A DNA stretch of 24,000 nucleotides, taken from the NCBI GenBank assembly GCA_002011085.2, contig MTMB02000001.1:1406446-1430445 (forward strand), read 5' to 3'. Below the pieces are notes generated by a model. It was not told the DNA's origin. It did not search any database and saw nothing but the letters and a program-made list of their open reading frames with translations. The translations under genes and the position numbers were made by a program. The stretch is from Candidatus Geothermarchaeum rappei (GTDB lineage Archaea; Thermoproteota; Nitrososphaeria; Geothermarchaeales; JDFR-13). This document shows, piece after piece, positions 16,205-24,000 of this stretch (position 1 is its first letter; each line of letters starts with the position of its first letter).

Positions 16205-17056
16205 TCAATCGCCTCCTAGACCAAGTAACTCTCTAATCCTATTTCTTATTTCTATACTTTTATCAAGGGATATATTTAACACTTCAAATACTTGTTCATA
16301 TCCTAAACCGCCTTGAATAAGTTGTATAGCACATATCTCGTTATTAACGGTATGTGTAATTGTGATCCTAGCCTCAGAGACCATCTCCTCAGCGAAAGTC
16401 GGGTCTACAATAAACTTATTGTCAATCAATGCAATTGTATTAGCTATTGGAAAGTCCTGTGTCGGTATTGGAATCCTAGGTACACTAGTCAGGTTATTAG
16501 GTGGAAGTTCCTCCAAATGTTCTCTGACATACTCTGGATCTGGCATTTCACCAGTTAGTAACGCGCTGACGACGCCTATTACGGCAGCATCAATAATATT
16601 TCCATCATCATTGAAGATGTTAAAGTCGATGAACATCTTTAGTACCGACTCACCTGGTTTTATCACAAGTCTAGATAAGTCCACCATTTCACTTTCTCTT
16701 ATGCTCCTGTCAACAACTCTACTGATCTCGATCTCTTCCTCACTTGGTGGTCCAGCCTCTGCGCTGAAAGAAGCTGTTGGAAGGACCTCTCCTTCTGTTA
16801 ATAATATGCCCTTGTCAGGTGAGTCGGGGAATGGGGTGCCAAGTTCAAACTGAACACCAACTATAACTATAGTATCGCCTAGTTCAACTCTCGCTGAACC
16901 ATATGCTTTTTTAATTACGCCCGTATCAATACGTAGGTCTCTATAATCTAGAAAACCACGTCCATCAAGCCTTCGATTCTCCTTTATAAATTTAAGGATA
17001 TTGTTTGCCATTAAGATCTCTTTTAATGTCTTCTTCTTGAAGTTATTCTTTTTCAT
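16205..17056 (-). CDS. rrp42: Exosome complex component Rrp42 (inactive RNase PH-like subunit)
   Basis: RLDGRGFLDYRDLRI and GSARVELGDTIVIVGV, which are RNase PH domain motifs. I chose ATG 17056 (14-nt overlap with rrp41); the ORF-track TTG at 17074 would add 6 aa. Confidence 0.9.
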   Translation of the reverse strand: MKKNNFKKKTLKEILMANNILKFIKENRRLDGRGFLDYRDLRIDTGVIKKAYGSARVELGDTIVIVGVQFELGTPFPDSPDKGILLTEGEVLPTASFSAEAGPPSEEEIEISRVVDRSIRESEMVDLSRLVIKPGESVLKMFIDFNIFNDDGNIIDAAVIGVVSALLTGEMPDPEYVREHLEELPPNNLTSVPRIPIPTQDFPIANTIALIDNKFIVDPTFAEEMVSEARITITHTVNNEICAIQLIQGGLGYEQVFEVLNISLDKSIEIRNRIRELLGLGGD

Positions 17057-17819
17057 CCTTAACGCCCTCCTCAATAATCTCCATATCCTTTAAGATCGTG
17101 GTTAACGCCCTTACCTGTTCTTCATACAGCTCCATCGCACCCTTTAAAGCCAAGTCAAACGCCTCTTTAAACTCTTCATGTGTCAATTTACCATCCATCT
17201 GAAGAAGTACCACTTTTCTTAGATTAGGCATAATAGCGATGGGAAGATCAGCCTCACCCTCCTTATCCTCTTCCTCACCGACGTCTAGGATAATATGGCC
17301 ATTGACTTTCCCAGCCGAGCACCCGACTACTAAATCTCTCATTGGGATACCAGCATCTGCTAATGCCACTGCGGCAGCGGTTACACTAGCTACTCTAGTA
17401 CTGCCCTCGGCCTGTGCAACCTCCATATAGACATCGATACTCATTTCTGGGAACTCCTCTAATACAACCGCTTGTTCCAACGCATTTTTAATGACCTTAG
17501 AAAGCTCTATCTCCCTTCTAGATGGTTTGGGTGACTTTCTCTCGGTTGTACTATATGGAGTCATGTGATATCTACAGTTTAGAATAGCTTTGTCTTGTGA
17601 TATCTCGAACTTTGGGAAATGTTCCTTAGGTCCATATACTGCAGCGATAATCCAGTTACCGCCTAATCTAATTTCGGCTGATCCATCTGCGTTCCTTAAT
17701 ATATGCGCCCTAATTTTATATGGACGCATTTCATCAGGTTTACGTCCATCTATCCGTATAAACTCCTCCTCTTTTTCCTCGTTTGACTCTTTTTTCTTCT
17801 TTCCTTTTTTATTACTCAT
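17043..17819 (-). CDS. rrp41: Exosome complex exonuclease Rrp41 (RNase PH-like catalytic subunit)
   Basis: RIDGRKPDEMRP, GSAEIRLGGNWIIAAVYGPKE, PSRREIELSKV, DAGIPMRD. Closely resembles the Sulfolobus Rrp41 pattern. Lys/Glu-rich N-terminal tail. Confidence 0.95.
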   Translation of the reverse strand: MSNKKGKKKKESNEEKEEEFIRIDGRKPDEMRPYKIRAHILRNADGSAEIRLGGNWIIAAVYGPKEHFPKFEISQDKAILNCRYHMTPYSTTERKSPKPSRREIELSKVIKNALEQAVVLEEFPEMSIDVYMEVAQAEGSTRVASVTAAAVALADAGIPMRDLVVGCSAGKVNGHIILDVGEEEDKEGEADLPIAIMPNLRKVVLLQMDGKLTHEEFKEAFDLALKGAMELYEEQVRALTTILKDMEIIEEGVKDEKE

Positions 17820-18597
17820 CCGAATTCACCTCTTTATCTTCATTCTCAGACTTCTCTTCTTTAACCTCTTTAGAGGGTTCTTTAGCCACTGCCTCTCTGG
17901 GTGAGGATATACCCAAGATACCTGCCACCGTATCTGTTAATCCAGAGGCGAATGTCTTAGCGGCTATTAAGTTAATTATCTTCTTTAAAAGAAGATATTC
18001 CTCGTATGGCCCCTTGAATAATATGACTCCGTTTTGGGCAATAACTATGTCTCCCTTAATTTTTTGTTTGATCAATCTTATCATACTTCCTTTTTTACCT
18101 ATTATCCTAGGTAATTTCGTAGTGGTGACTTTCATAATATAATAGCCCCGGATTCTACCTAGCCGCTTATCCTTGTCCTCTGGTGATTGCCTCAATGTAG
18201 CTCCGAAATATCCGAGTCTCCTGACGTCCGATATTTTTACGCCAACCACATCTCCTACAGCCAAGTATTTGGATAGTTCATCACGCCGTGGATCAAACCT
18301 ACGGTTTGATATCATTTCTGATGCGGGGAGAAACGCCTTTGTGTAGGACCCTATATCTAGAATCCATCCATTGGGCGCATATCCTACTACTACACCGATT
18401 ACATAATCGCCTCTACTCGGTCTATAGACATCTTTATATGGAATTAAATCAATTCCTCCCCTGCCTTGTTGGACAACACCTAATAAAGTTGCTACTAGAC
18501 CACGATAATCCCTAACAAAATATTCGCCTATTCTGTTGTACCTTACATTTTTATCTACAGTTGTACCAGGTACAACTATCCTCTTACTGCTTTTCAT
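17812..18597 (-). CDS. rrp4: Exosome RNA-binding cap subunit Rrp4 (S1 + KH)
   Basis: 261 aa. S1 domain (GDYVIGVVVG...WILDIGS) and KH GxxG loop (IIGKKGSMI). 8-nt overlap with rrp41. Acidic/Lys-rich C-terminal tail. Confidence 0.9.
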   Translation of the reverse strand: MKSSKRIVVPGTTVDKNVRYNRIGEYFVRDYRGLVATLLGVVQQGRGGIDLIPYKDVYRPSRGDYVIGVVVGYAPNGWILDIGSYTKAFLPASEMISNRRFDPRRDELSKYLAVGDVVGVKISDVRRLGYFGATLRQSPEDKDKRLGRIRGYYIMKVTTTKLPRIIGKKGSMIRLIKQKIKGDIVIAQNGVILFKGPYEEYLLLKKIINLIAAKTFASGLTDTVAGILGISSPREAVAKEPSKEVKEEKSENEDKEVNSDE

Positions 18598-18653
18598 CTC
18601 GTTCTCAACTCTCCAATTTCTCTTACAATTCCATATATTTAAATTCTTTAGAG

Positions 18654-19352
18654 CTAAACCGTCCTTTCCTCAGAGACCTCTATATATGCTGTCCCACCTG
18701 TGATTCTTCCTAAACGCTCTATAAACTCGACTTTAAGCCCAGAAGGTATAGAGACGACAGCTGATAATGAACCGTCGTTCAACCAGTCTTCCTGTATTAT
18801 GTTCGAAGCGTTTTTAATATAGCCGTATGCCTTACCGACGTATGTCGGGGGAACCCTTATATTAAGGATCGTAATCTGCTGTTTAATAGGTATTACTTCA
18901 CTTAATTTAGAGATTATCTCTTTAATCTGCTCATCCACACTTCTAAATGGATCGATTTTCAGGGAGGACTCCTCTAAAGCGTTCTCGAGCCGCATCGGTG
19001 GAATCGGCAAGTTGGTTCTTGCATCAACACAATACTTTGAAATATAGTCTATAATCTGCCGCTTCTTCTCCTCTATAAGTTTACGCCTCTGCTCAGCCTT
19101 TATCTGTAGTTCCCCTTCTCTAACGATTCTCTCTGCAATAACATTAACATCTGTTGTCCCAAAAACCTCCATGAGATCGCTTTTCGCGGCTCTCAATCCC
19201 TTATTCGCATCTGAATAAACCTCATCATAAACCAGAATATTTTCGAAATCCTTACGTCTACCAAGCTTATATTCAAGGGCCTTATCCGGGTCAACAAGGA
19301 CTTCGAATCTCTTCGACCCTCTTTTGAACCGTGCTATAGTATACTCGGGCAT
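18654..19352 (-). CDS. sdo1: SBDS-family ribosome maturation protein
   Basis: 232 aa. The N-terminal FYSH domain pattern ARFKRGSKRFEVLVDPDKALEYK, and its position between psmA and rrp4. GGAGGTGA lies upstream of the ATG. Confidence 0.9.
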   Translation of the reverse strand: MPEYTIARFKRGSKRFEVLVDPDKALEYKLGRRKDFENILVYDEVYSDANKGLRAAKSDLMEVFGTTDVNVIAERIVREGELQIKAEQRRKLIEEKKRQIIDYISKYCVDARTNLPIPPMRLENALEESSLKIDPFRSVDEQIKEIISKLSEVIPIKQQITILNIRVPPTYVGKAYGYIKNASNIIQEDWLNDGSLSAVVSIPSGLKVEFIERLGRITGGTAYIEVSEERTV

Positions 19353-19414
19353 CGGTTTATCACCTCCTACTATACCATCATATTTAAATTAAATAGCTAT
19401 CGAGAAGGATAAGA

Positions 19415-20146
19415 TTATTGTAATCCAAGTTTCTCCTTAGCTTTTTCAATGTATTTCAGACTCTCTTCAATCGATAAGAAACGGCCTTTCATTGACTCCT
19501 TAGGTATCTCTAGTAATCGTATTTTAATATCCTGCTTATTTTGAGATACATAATATATCGCACCGGCTACAAGGATCTTCCCATCTTCAAGCGTCATATC
19601 GTCCTTGTAGTGTTTAGATATGAAGTCAAGCGCTGTATCTGATCCTGCTCCAATAGCGGCAACCTTATATTTAATACACGATCCACTAGGATCGGTGACA
19701 AAGACTTCCGAACCACCATCGGGATTAACACCGGCGAATATAATCGCTACGCCAAAAGGCCTTACCCCACCCTGCTGGGTAAAGCTCTGTTTTATATCAC
19801 CTATTCTCTTAGCGATGACCTCTATGTAGGGGGGCTCATCATATAATAACCTGTGATGTTGAGCGTATTCCCTAGCATATTCTATGAGAACCCTGCCATC
19901 AGGAACATATCCAGATACTACAGCCCCAATATTATCATCAATCATGAAGAGTTTTCTACTATAGTTTTCATCCTGGAAGTTTGTAATGTTTTCCTCTGCA
20001 GCTAATACAACACCTTCTTTAGTAGCGATACCTACAGATATCGTGCCTCTCTTAACGGTTTCAAGTGCATACTCAACTTGAAAAATTCTTCCATCTGGTG
20101 AAAATACTGTAATTGCCCTATCATATGCAGCTTGTCTTGAAAACAT
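19415..20146 (-). CDS. psmA: Proteasome alpha subunit
   Basis: 243 aa with the alpha-subunit N-terminal signature YDRAITVFSPDGRIFQVEYA. GAGGTGA lies upstream of the ATG. Confidence 0.95.
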   Translation of the reverse strand: MFSRQAAYDRAITVFSPDGRIFQVEYALETVKRGTISVGIATKEGVVLAAEENITNFQDENYSRKLFMIDDNIGAVVSGYVPDGRVLIEYAREYAQHHRLLYDEPPYIEVIAKRIGDIKQSFTQQGGVRPFGVAIIFAGVNPDGGSEVFVTDPSGSCIKYKVAAIGAGSDTALDFISKHYKDDMTLEDGKILVAGAIYYVSQNKQDIKIRLLEIPKESMKGRFLSIEESLKYIEKAKEKLGLQ

Positions 20147-20209
20147 GTACTTTATTCACCTCGCACCATACTCATATTACTAAATATCCCTATTTAAAAT
20201 AAACTTTAA

Positions 20210-20524
20210 TTATCTACATGTTAAATCCTTTAAAAAGCGTTTCTTACCAGATTTTAAAGTACTAGAGACGCCTATTAACCAGATAGGCATATTATCTCTA
20301 ATAGATAAAAGCGTGGCCGAAGCAATTAATTTCGTCAGGTATCTACTGCCGATCGAGAATATAACTATCCTCTCATCTTCAAAAAACTCCACAATCCTCA
20401 GGCCAGATAGTGAATAATCGATGATACCATATACTCTTTTGAAATCATCAATTAAATTCTTAGGCGTAAATGAAGCGCCTATCTTGAAGAACACATATCT
20501 TCTATGTATGGTTTTTACAGGCAT
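20210..20524 (-). CDS. rnp2: RNase P protein component 2 (Pop5/Rpp14 homologue)
   Basis: 104 aa. RRYVFFKI near the N-terminus and LIGVSSTLKSGKKRFL near the C-terminus match the archaeal Pop5 pattern (RYIaF...GVSGTIk..k.KFL). 10-nt overlap with the upstream gene. Confidence 0.75.
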   Translation of the reverse strand: MPVKTIHRRYVFFKIGASFTPKNLIDDFKRVYGIIDYSLSGLRIVEFFEDERIVIFSIGSRYLTKLIASATLLSIRDNMPIWLIGVSSTLKSGKKRFLKDLTCR

Positions 20525-21171
20525 TTCGATATCAACTCCATAGGTAGCGTAGAGACCACATTAAACGAGGAATTAGGTTCATCAACAAGACCATAAATAA
20601 AATATGCAAGCTGTTGAGGGGGAAACACTATATCTAAACTAGGATCTTGCGATACTATCAGTTTACATTTATTCAAGAGCATCTTTACTATAAATAGATT
20701 TCTCCTCAGCCAGTTATTCTTAATTAGATTTGGGTCAAGCAGAAACTCAAATATGATAGGCTTATCTAATAGCTTAACTACAGTTCTGAACCTAGGGTCA
20801 AACAGCCTTACTAAATCAAACTTATGGGCGTCGTTAGGTGTCAAAAACTTAAAGAGAGAATCATCGACACTAACTATACATACTTTTTTCTCTATCCTTT
20901 TCCTCAGCTTTAAAATGTTTCCTCTAACGCCTCTCTTTAAACTCGTGTCAATAGAGTCATGTGAAATATGATAGCGAGTCGAGAAGCCTATGCCATGTTC
21001 ACTACAGTAGTTTGAAACACTATCTACAACTTTGTTGTTAAGTTCTTCTTCAGAGGAGAACGTCAATGTAATATGATGATACCCCATCTCTAATGCTTTG
21101 TCTATCGCCTTAAACAGGATATCATGGTCTTTGTAATAAGGAACATAAAGATTATAATACTTAGTTTTCAT
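20515..21171 (-). CDS. rnp3: RNase P protein component 3 (Rpp30 homologue), probable
   Basis: 218 aa, the right size for an Rpp30 TIM barrel, and located immediately upstream of pop5 as in other archaea. The sequence itself is divergent, so the call rests mainly on size and synteny. Confidence 0.6.
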   Translation of the reverse strand: MKTKYYNLYVPYYKDHDILFKAIDKALEMGYHHITLTFSSEEELNNKVVDSVSNYCSEHGIGFSTRYHISHDSIDTSLKRGVRGNILKLRKRIEKKVCIVSVDDSLFKFLTPNDAHKFDLVRLFDPRFRTVVKLLDKPIIFEFLLDPNLIKNNWLRRNLFIVKMLLNKCKLIVSQDPSLDIVFPPQQLAYFIYGLVDEPNSSFNVVSTLPMELISKCL

Positions 21172-21568
21172 CTCTGGTCAACCATTTCTCAATAAAACTA
21201 GGGTTTACATTTCTAATAACAATTTTAATGGGATCCTCCTCAACAAGAGATAACTTCCCTTGACACAGTCTCTGTTTATCCAATCTTATATAGACAGTAG
21301 ATTTATGGAAATACTCATCGATAGTATTCAAAAGATAGTTTCGATCCTCCTCAGGTAATTTCTCCTTCATAACTGATAGGATGTTTTTAACATCAGAAGA
21401 AGATAGTTTTATTGTTATATAAATTATTGGATTACCATAGTGACCCGATAAATCTCGTCTTCTCATGTTTCTCCTAGCTAGGTCTATATCAAACATATTT
21501 TTAATTGAGGCAAGTATACGGTCTATATCCTCAGTAGCGTGGATAATGATGTTTAACTCTCCTCTCAT
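21161..21568 (-). CDS. DUF54/COG1325-like RNA-binding protein (the predicted exosome-associated subunit of the superoperon)
   Basis: From ATG 21568: MRGELNIIIHATEDIDRI..., matching the N-terminal h-h-h-H-x-TED pattern of this family. It is the first gene of the minus-strand cluster. The longer ORF-track start (21643) would overlap kae1, so I consider it unlikely. Confidence 0.55.
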   Translation of the reverse strand: MRGELNIIIHATEDIDRILASIKNMFDIDLARRNMRRRDLSGHYGNPIIYITIKLSSSDVKNILSVMKEKLPEEDRNYLLNTIDEYFHKSTVYIRLDKQRLCQGKLSLVEEDPIKIVIRNVNPSFIEKWLTRDEN

Positions 21569-21617
21569 GTCGAGAAAAATATTTAGTATCGAGAAATTTA
21601 ATATTTTGGGTTGGAGA
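21569..21617. promoter_or_regulatory. 49-bp divergent promoter region between the superoperon and kae1
   Basis: GTCGAGAAAAATATTTAGTATCGAGAAATTTAATATTTTGGGTTGGAGA. It has two AT-rich TATA-like boxes (AAAATATTTA, AATTTAATATTTT) in opposite halves and a repeated TCGAGAAA(A/T)(A/T)T motif. Both flanking genes would have very short or no leaders. Confidence 0.4.
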
Positions 21618-22610
21618 ATGGGAAGAAGATACGTATTGGGCATTGAATCAACAGCACATACATTTGCCGTTGCAATTGTTGATGATAAGTTAAATGTAAT
21701 TTCTGATGTTAGAGACGTAGTTAGGTCGGGGGAGACTTTGGGTATAGATCCTAAGTTGACGGCGGAACATCATGCGAATGTTGCTCCTCAAGTACTGGAA
21801 AAAGCGTTAAATGAGGCGGGTATGGACATTACCGATATAGATGCTGTGGCGTATAGTATGGGGCCTGGATTAGGACCTGCATTAAGAATAGGGGCGACAG
21901 TTGCCAGGGCCATTGCACATAAATTTAAAAAACCCTTGTATCCAGTGCATCACGGCATAGGGCATATAGAGTTGACCTCGACACTACTAGGTTTTAAAGA
22001 TCCCCTAGTTGTCATAGTTTCAGGGGGACATACGTCCATATTGTCATTTAACTTGGGTCGGTGGAGAACGTATGGAGAGACCCTAGATATTACACTAGGG
22101 AACTTAATGGATATGTTCGCTAGGAAAATTGGGATACCATTTCCTGGAGGGCCTAAAATAGAGGAGATAGCAAGGAAAGGCAGGAAATATATCGAGATGC
22201 CATATGGAATAAAGGGAAACAATATGGTTTATTCAGGCCTGTTAACATATGCAATTCAACTTATAGGGAGAACGTCTGTTGAAGACATAGCATACTCTCT
22301 TCAAGAAACTGCATTTACAGTATTGGTAGAAGCTACCGAGAGGGCTCTTACACAGGTATCAAAGAAGGAAATTGGATTAACGGGAGGCGTAGCATCAAAT
22401 GATAGACTATATAACATGATGTGTAGTATGGCTAGGGAACATGGAGTGAAGGTAGGACGTCTAGAGAAGAAGTATAATAGTGATAATGGGGTTCAAATAG
22501 CTGTTGTAGGGATGCTGTATATGAAGTCGGGATATGCCCCGGTTCCAGTGGAGGAGGCTGTTATTAAACAGAGAATTCGTGTAGAGGAGGTTGAGATACC
22601 ATGGAGATAG
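21618..22610 (+). CDS. kae1: tRNA N6-adenosine threonylcarbamoyltransferase Kae1 (KEOPS catalytic subunit)
   Basis: 330 aa from ATG 21618; the ORF track extends upstream with no plausible start. Motifs: GIESTAHTF, metal-binding HHGIGHIE, SGGHTS, GGVASN, and the C-terminal SDNG. Confidence 0.95.
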   Translation: MGRRYVLGIESTAHTFAVAIVDDKLNVISDVRDVVRSGETLGIDPKLTAEHHANVAPQVLEKALNEAGMDITDIDAVAYSMGPGLGPALRIGATVARAIAHKFKKPLYPVHHGIGHIELTSTLLGFKDPLVVIVSGGHTSILSFNLGRWRTYGETLDITLGNLMDMFARKIGIPFPGGPKIEEIARKGRKYIEMPYGIKGNNMVYSGLLTYAIQLIGRTSVEDIAYSLQETAFTVLVEATERALTQVSKKEIGLTGGVASNDRLYNMMCSMAREHGVKVGRLEKKYNSDNGVQIAVVGMLYMKSGYAPVPVEEAVIKQRIRVEEVEIPWR

Positions 22611-23287
22611 GAGGATTACTAGAATACTTTCTAGAGAATGGAGTGATGATAAGTAAAGGGGCTGAATCAAATCTATATAAAATATCGTACTATGGAAAGG
22701 TCGCTGTTTTAAAATATAGGGTCGAGAAGAAATATAGGATAAAGGAACTGGATGTAAAAATCAGGAGGAGGAGGACGTTTGGAGAGGCATCCTCAATACA
22801 CGAAGCCTGGAAAAAAGGGATTAATGTGCCTAGGCTTCTCTATGCTGATCTCGAGAGGTACTACCTGATAATGGAATATTTAGAGGGTGAGGTTTTGAGA
22901 GAAGCTATTCTTAAAAAGATATATGCATATGAAGAGATAGGTGAGATTGCTAGTTCACTTGGAGAAATGATCGCTAACTTGCATAATATTGATATTATAC
23001 ACGGAGACCTAACCACTGCTAATATAATAATTAAAGATGGTCTCAAGCCATATCTAATAGACTTTGGATTAAGCGAAAGAAGAAGTGATCCTGAGGCGAA
23101 AGCCGTGGATATTGAGATGTTTTATCGGGTTCTTGAGTCTACACACACGGAGGAGAGGGAAATGTTTTTTAATGCATTTATTCAAACATATAAGGAAAAT
23201 GCCTTGAATAGTAAAGAAATTATTTCTAGGTTTAATAGGATACGGAGGATGGGGAGGTATATTGAGGAGAGGAGAAGACGTAGTTAG
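22601..23287 (+). CDS. bud32: KEOPS kinase/ATPase Bud32
   Basis: RIO-like atypical kinase motifs: GAESNLY, VLKYRVEKKYR, catalytic HGDLTTANIII, and LIDFGLS. 10-nt overlap with kae1. An alternative start is ATG 22646 (MISKGAES). Confidence 0.85.
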   Translation: MEIGGLLEYFLENGVMISKGAESNLYKISYYGKVAVLKYRVEKKYRIKELDVKIRRRRTFGEASSIHEAWKKGINVPRLLYADLERYYLIMEYLEGEVLREAILKKIYAYEEIGEIASSLGEMIANLHNIDIIHGDLTTANIIIKDGLKPYLIDFGLSERRSDPEAKAVDIEMFYRVLESTHTEEREMFFNAFIQTYKENALNSKEIISRFNRIRRMGRYIEERRRRS

Positions 23288-23840
23288 ATTTGTAACGAAT
23301 AACGAGCATAAATATAAAGAGGCTTCTGATATGCTAAGTGTCTACAATATTAAATTAGAATGGGTTCCACTACCAGTTGATGAAATCCAGTCAGAGCATC
23401 TTGAGGATATAGTCGTGTCTAAAGTAGTAAGTGCAATTGAAGTTGTAGACCCTCCCTTTATAGTTGAAGACACAGGTCTATTTATACATGCTTTAAATGG
23501 TTTCCCCGGGGTATATGCCTCGTACGTATACGAAAAACTGGGGCTTTTATCGATCTTGAAACTACTAGAAAAAACTAGGAATAGGAAAGCATGTTTTGTA
23601 GCTGTAGGTGCGCTTGTCACAGACAAACATATATTTAAGATATTTCGGGGGAAAGTTTGTGGGGAGATAGCGAGAGAGATGAGGGGGAGCCAGGGATTTG
23701 GGTATGACCCAATTTTTATCCCCGAGGGATATGATAAGACAATGGCAGAAATGAGTCGTGAAGAGAAGAATCGGGTGTCACATCGAGGCAGGTTATTTAC
23801 CCAAATAGGTGAGTATTTAGCGAGAAAGAAGATGATATGA
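23262..23840 (+). CDS. Non-canonical purine NTP pyrophosphatase (ITPase, HAM1/RdgB family)
   Basis: FVTNNEHKYKE, VEDTGL, GFPGVYAS, GFGYDPIF, and SHRG. The TTG start lies 26 nt inside bud32; no ATG is available before the conserved N-terminus. Confidence 0.9.
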   Translation: MRRGEDVVRFVTNNEHKYKEASDMLSVYNIKLEWVPLPVDEIQSEHLEDIVVSKVVSAIEVVDPPFIVEDTGLFIHALNGFPGVYASYVYEKLGLLSILKLLEKTRNRKACFVAVGALVTDKHIFKIFRGKVCGEIAREMRGSQGFGYDPIFIPEGYDKTMAEMSREEKNRVSHRGRLFTQIGEYLARKKMI

Positions 23841-23919
23841 GTATCGAGAGAGCAACGTAATACACAAATATATTTATATATTTCCAGTATACCTAAATTT
23901 GGATGTAGGTGGAGAATAG

Positions 23920-24000
23920 ATGGCGAGGATGCATATTAGAAGAAAGGGGAAGTCACACTCAAAGAGACCCGTAGTTATGAAGAAACCAGAGTGGCTTACC
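23920..24000 (+). CDS. rps15: Ribosomal protein S15 (uS15), N-terminal 27 codons, truncated by the window edge
   Basis: MARMHIRRKGKSHSKRPVVMKKPEWLT matches the archaeal S15 N-terminus (MARMHARrrGkSgS.rP). GGTGGAG lies upstream. Confidence 0.85.
   Translation, partial: MARMHIRRKGKSHSKRPVVMKKPEWLT

Noticed and set aside
21569-21643. Longer start (ATG 21643) for the DUF54-like gene and longer start (21465) for kae1, as given in the ORF track
   Set aside because: Either extension would make the two divergent genes overlap by more than 100 nt. The extensions add non-conserved, low-complexity residues ahead of the canonical family N-termini (MRGELNIIIHATED, MGRRYVLGIEST). The internal ATGs leave a sensible 49-bp AT-rich promoter spacer.
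22643-22665. Box C/D-like half-unit: GTGATGA, a 12-nt spacer, then CTGA
   Set aside because: The spacing is right for a C box, guide and D' box. However, no C' (UGAUGA-like) or terminal D box (CUGA) follows within about 60 nt; only CTGT is found. The motif lies in the bud32 coding sequence (G-V-M-I-S), where it can arise by chance.
1-24000. Search for CRISPR arrays, IS elements, integrases, att duplications at the two tRNA genes, toxin-antitoxin pairs and defence-system genes
   Set aside because: I noticed no regularly spaced direct repeats, no terminal inverted repeats, no transposase, integrase or recombinase motifs in any ORF, and no duplicated tRNA 3' segments. Every sizeable ORF is accounted for by housekeeping or transport/metabolic functions.

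Overview
This is a dense, AT-rich, almost entirely protein-coding archaeal chromosome segment. Several features point to a hyperthermophilic crenarchaeote-like (TACK) archaeon: GC-rich intron-containing tRNAs in an AT-rich background, GGAGGTGA-type ribosome-binding sites, short promoter-like AT boxes directly upstream of starts, and many 4-26 nt gene overlaps. I cannot name the species. All protein calls rest on motifs I recognise by eye in the supplied translations and on gene order; no database search was possible.

Left part (1-11.7 kb):
- an NfsA-like nitroreductase, divergent from a stand-alone cytoplasmic Mo-bisPGD oxidoreductase
- a calcineurin-type metallophosphoesterase
- an APC permease
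- a small exported Met/His-rich protein, convergent with a membrane-tethered wHTH regulator
- tRNA(CAT) with a non-canonically placed intron
- an ECF-transporter energizing module (A-A-T, no S component)
- a DHH/DHHA1 phosphoesterase
- tRNA-Trp with a 65-nt intron
- an exported Cys-paired hypothetical protein

Middle: argG-argH.

Right part (14.7-21.6 kb, all minus strand): the classical archaeal exosome/proteasome/RNase P superoperon. Its transcription order is DUF54/COG1325-like, Rpp30, Pop5, PsmA, SBDS, Rrp4, Rrp41, Rrp42, L37Ae, Brix, Pcc1, prefoldin beta. It is followed by divergent kae1-bud32-ITPase and the start of rps15.

I found no CRISPR array, transposase or integrase, long repeat, or recognisable defence or toxin-antitoxin genes. 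The window is therefore mostly ordinary housekeeping. The best candidate for undescribed biology is modest: the two-gene Met/His-rich module at 5.8-6.7 kb, with a perfect palindrome flanking its promoter. Its proposed metal-sensing role is inference only.
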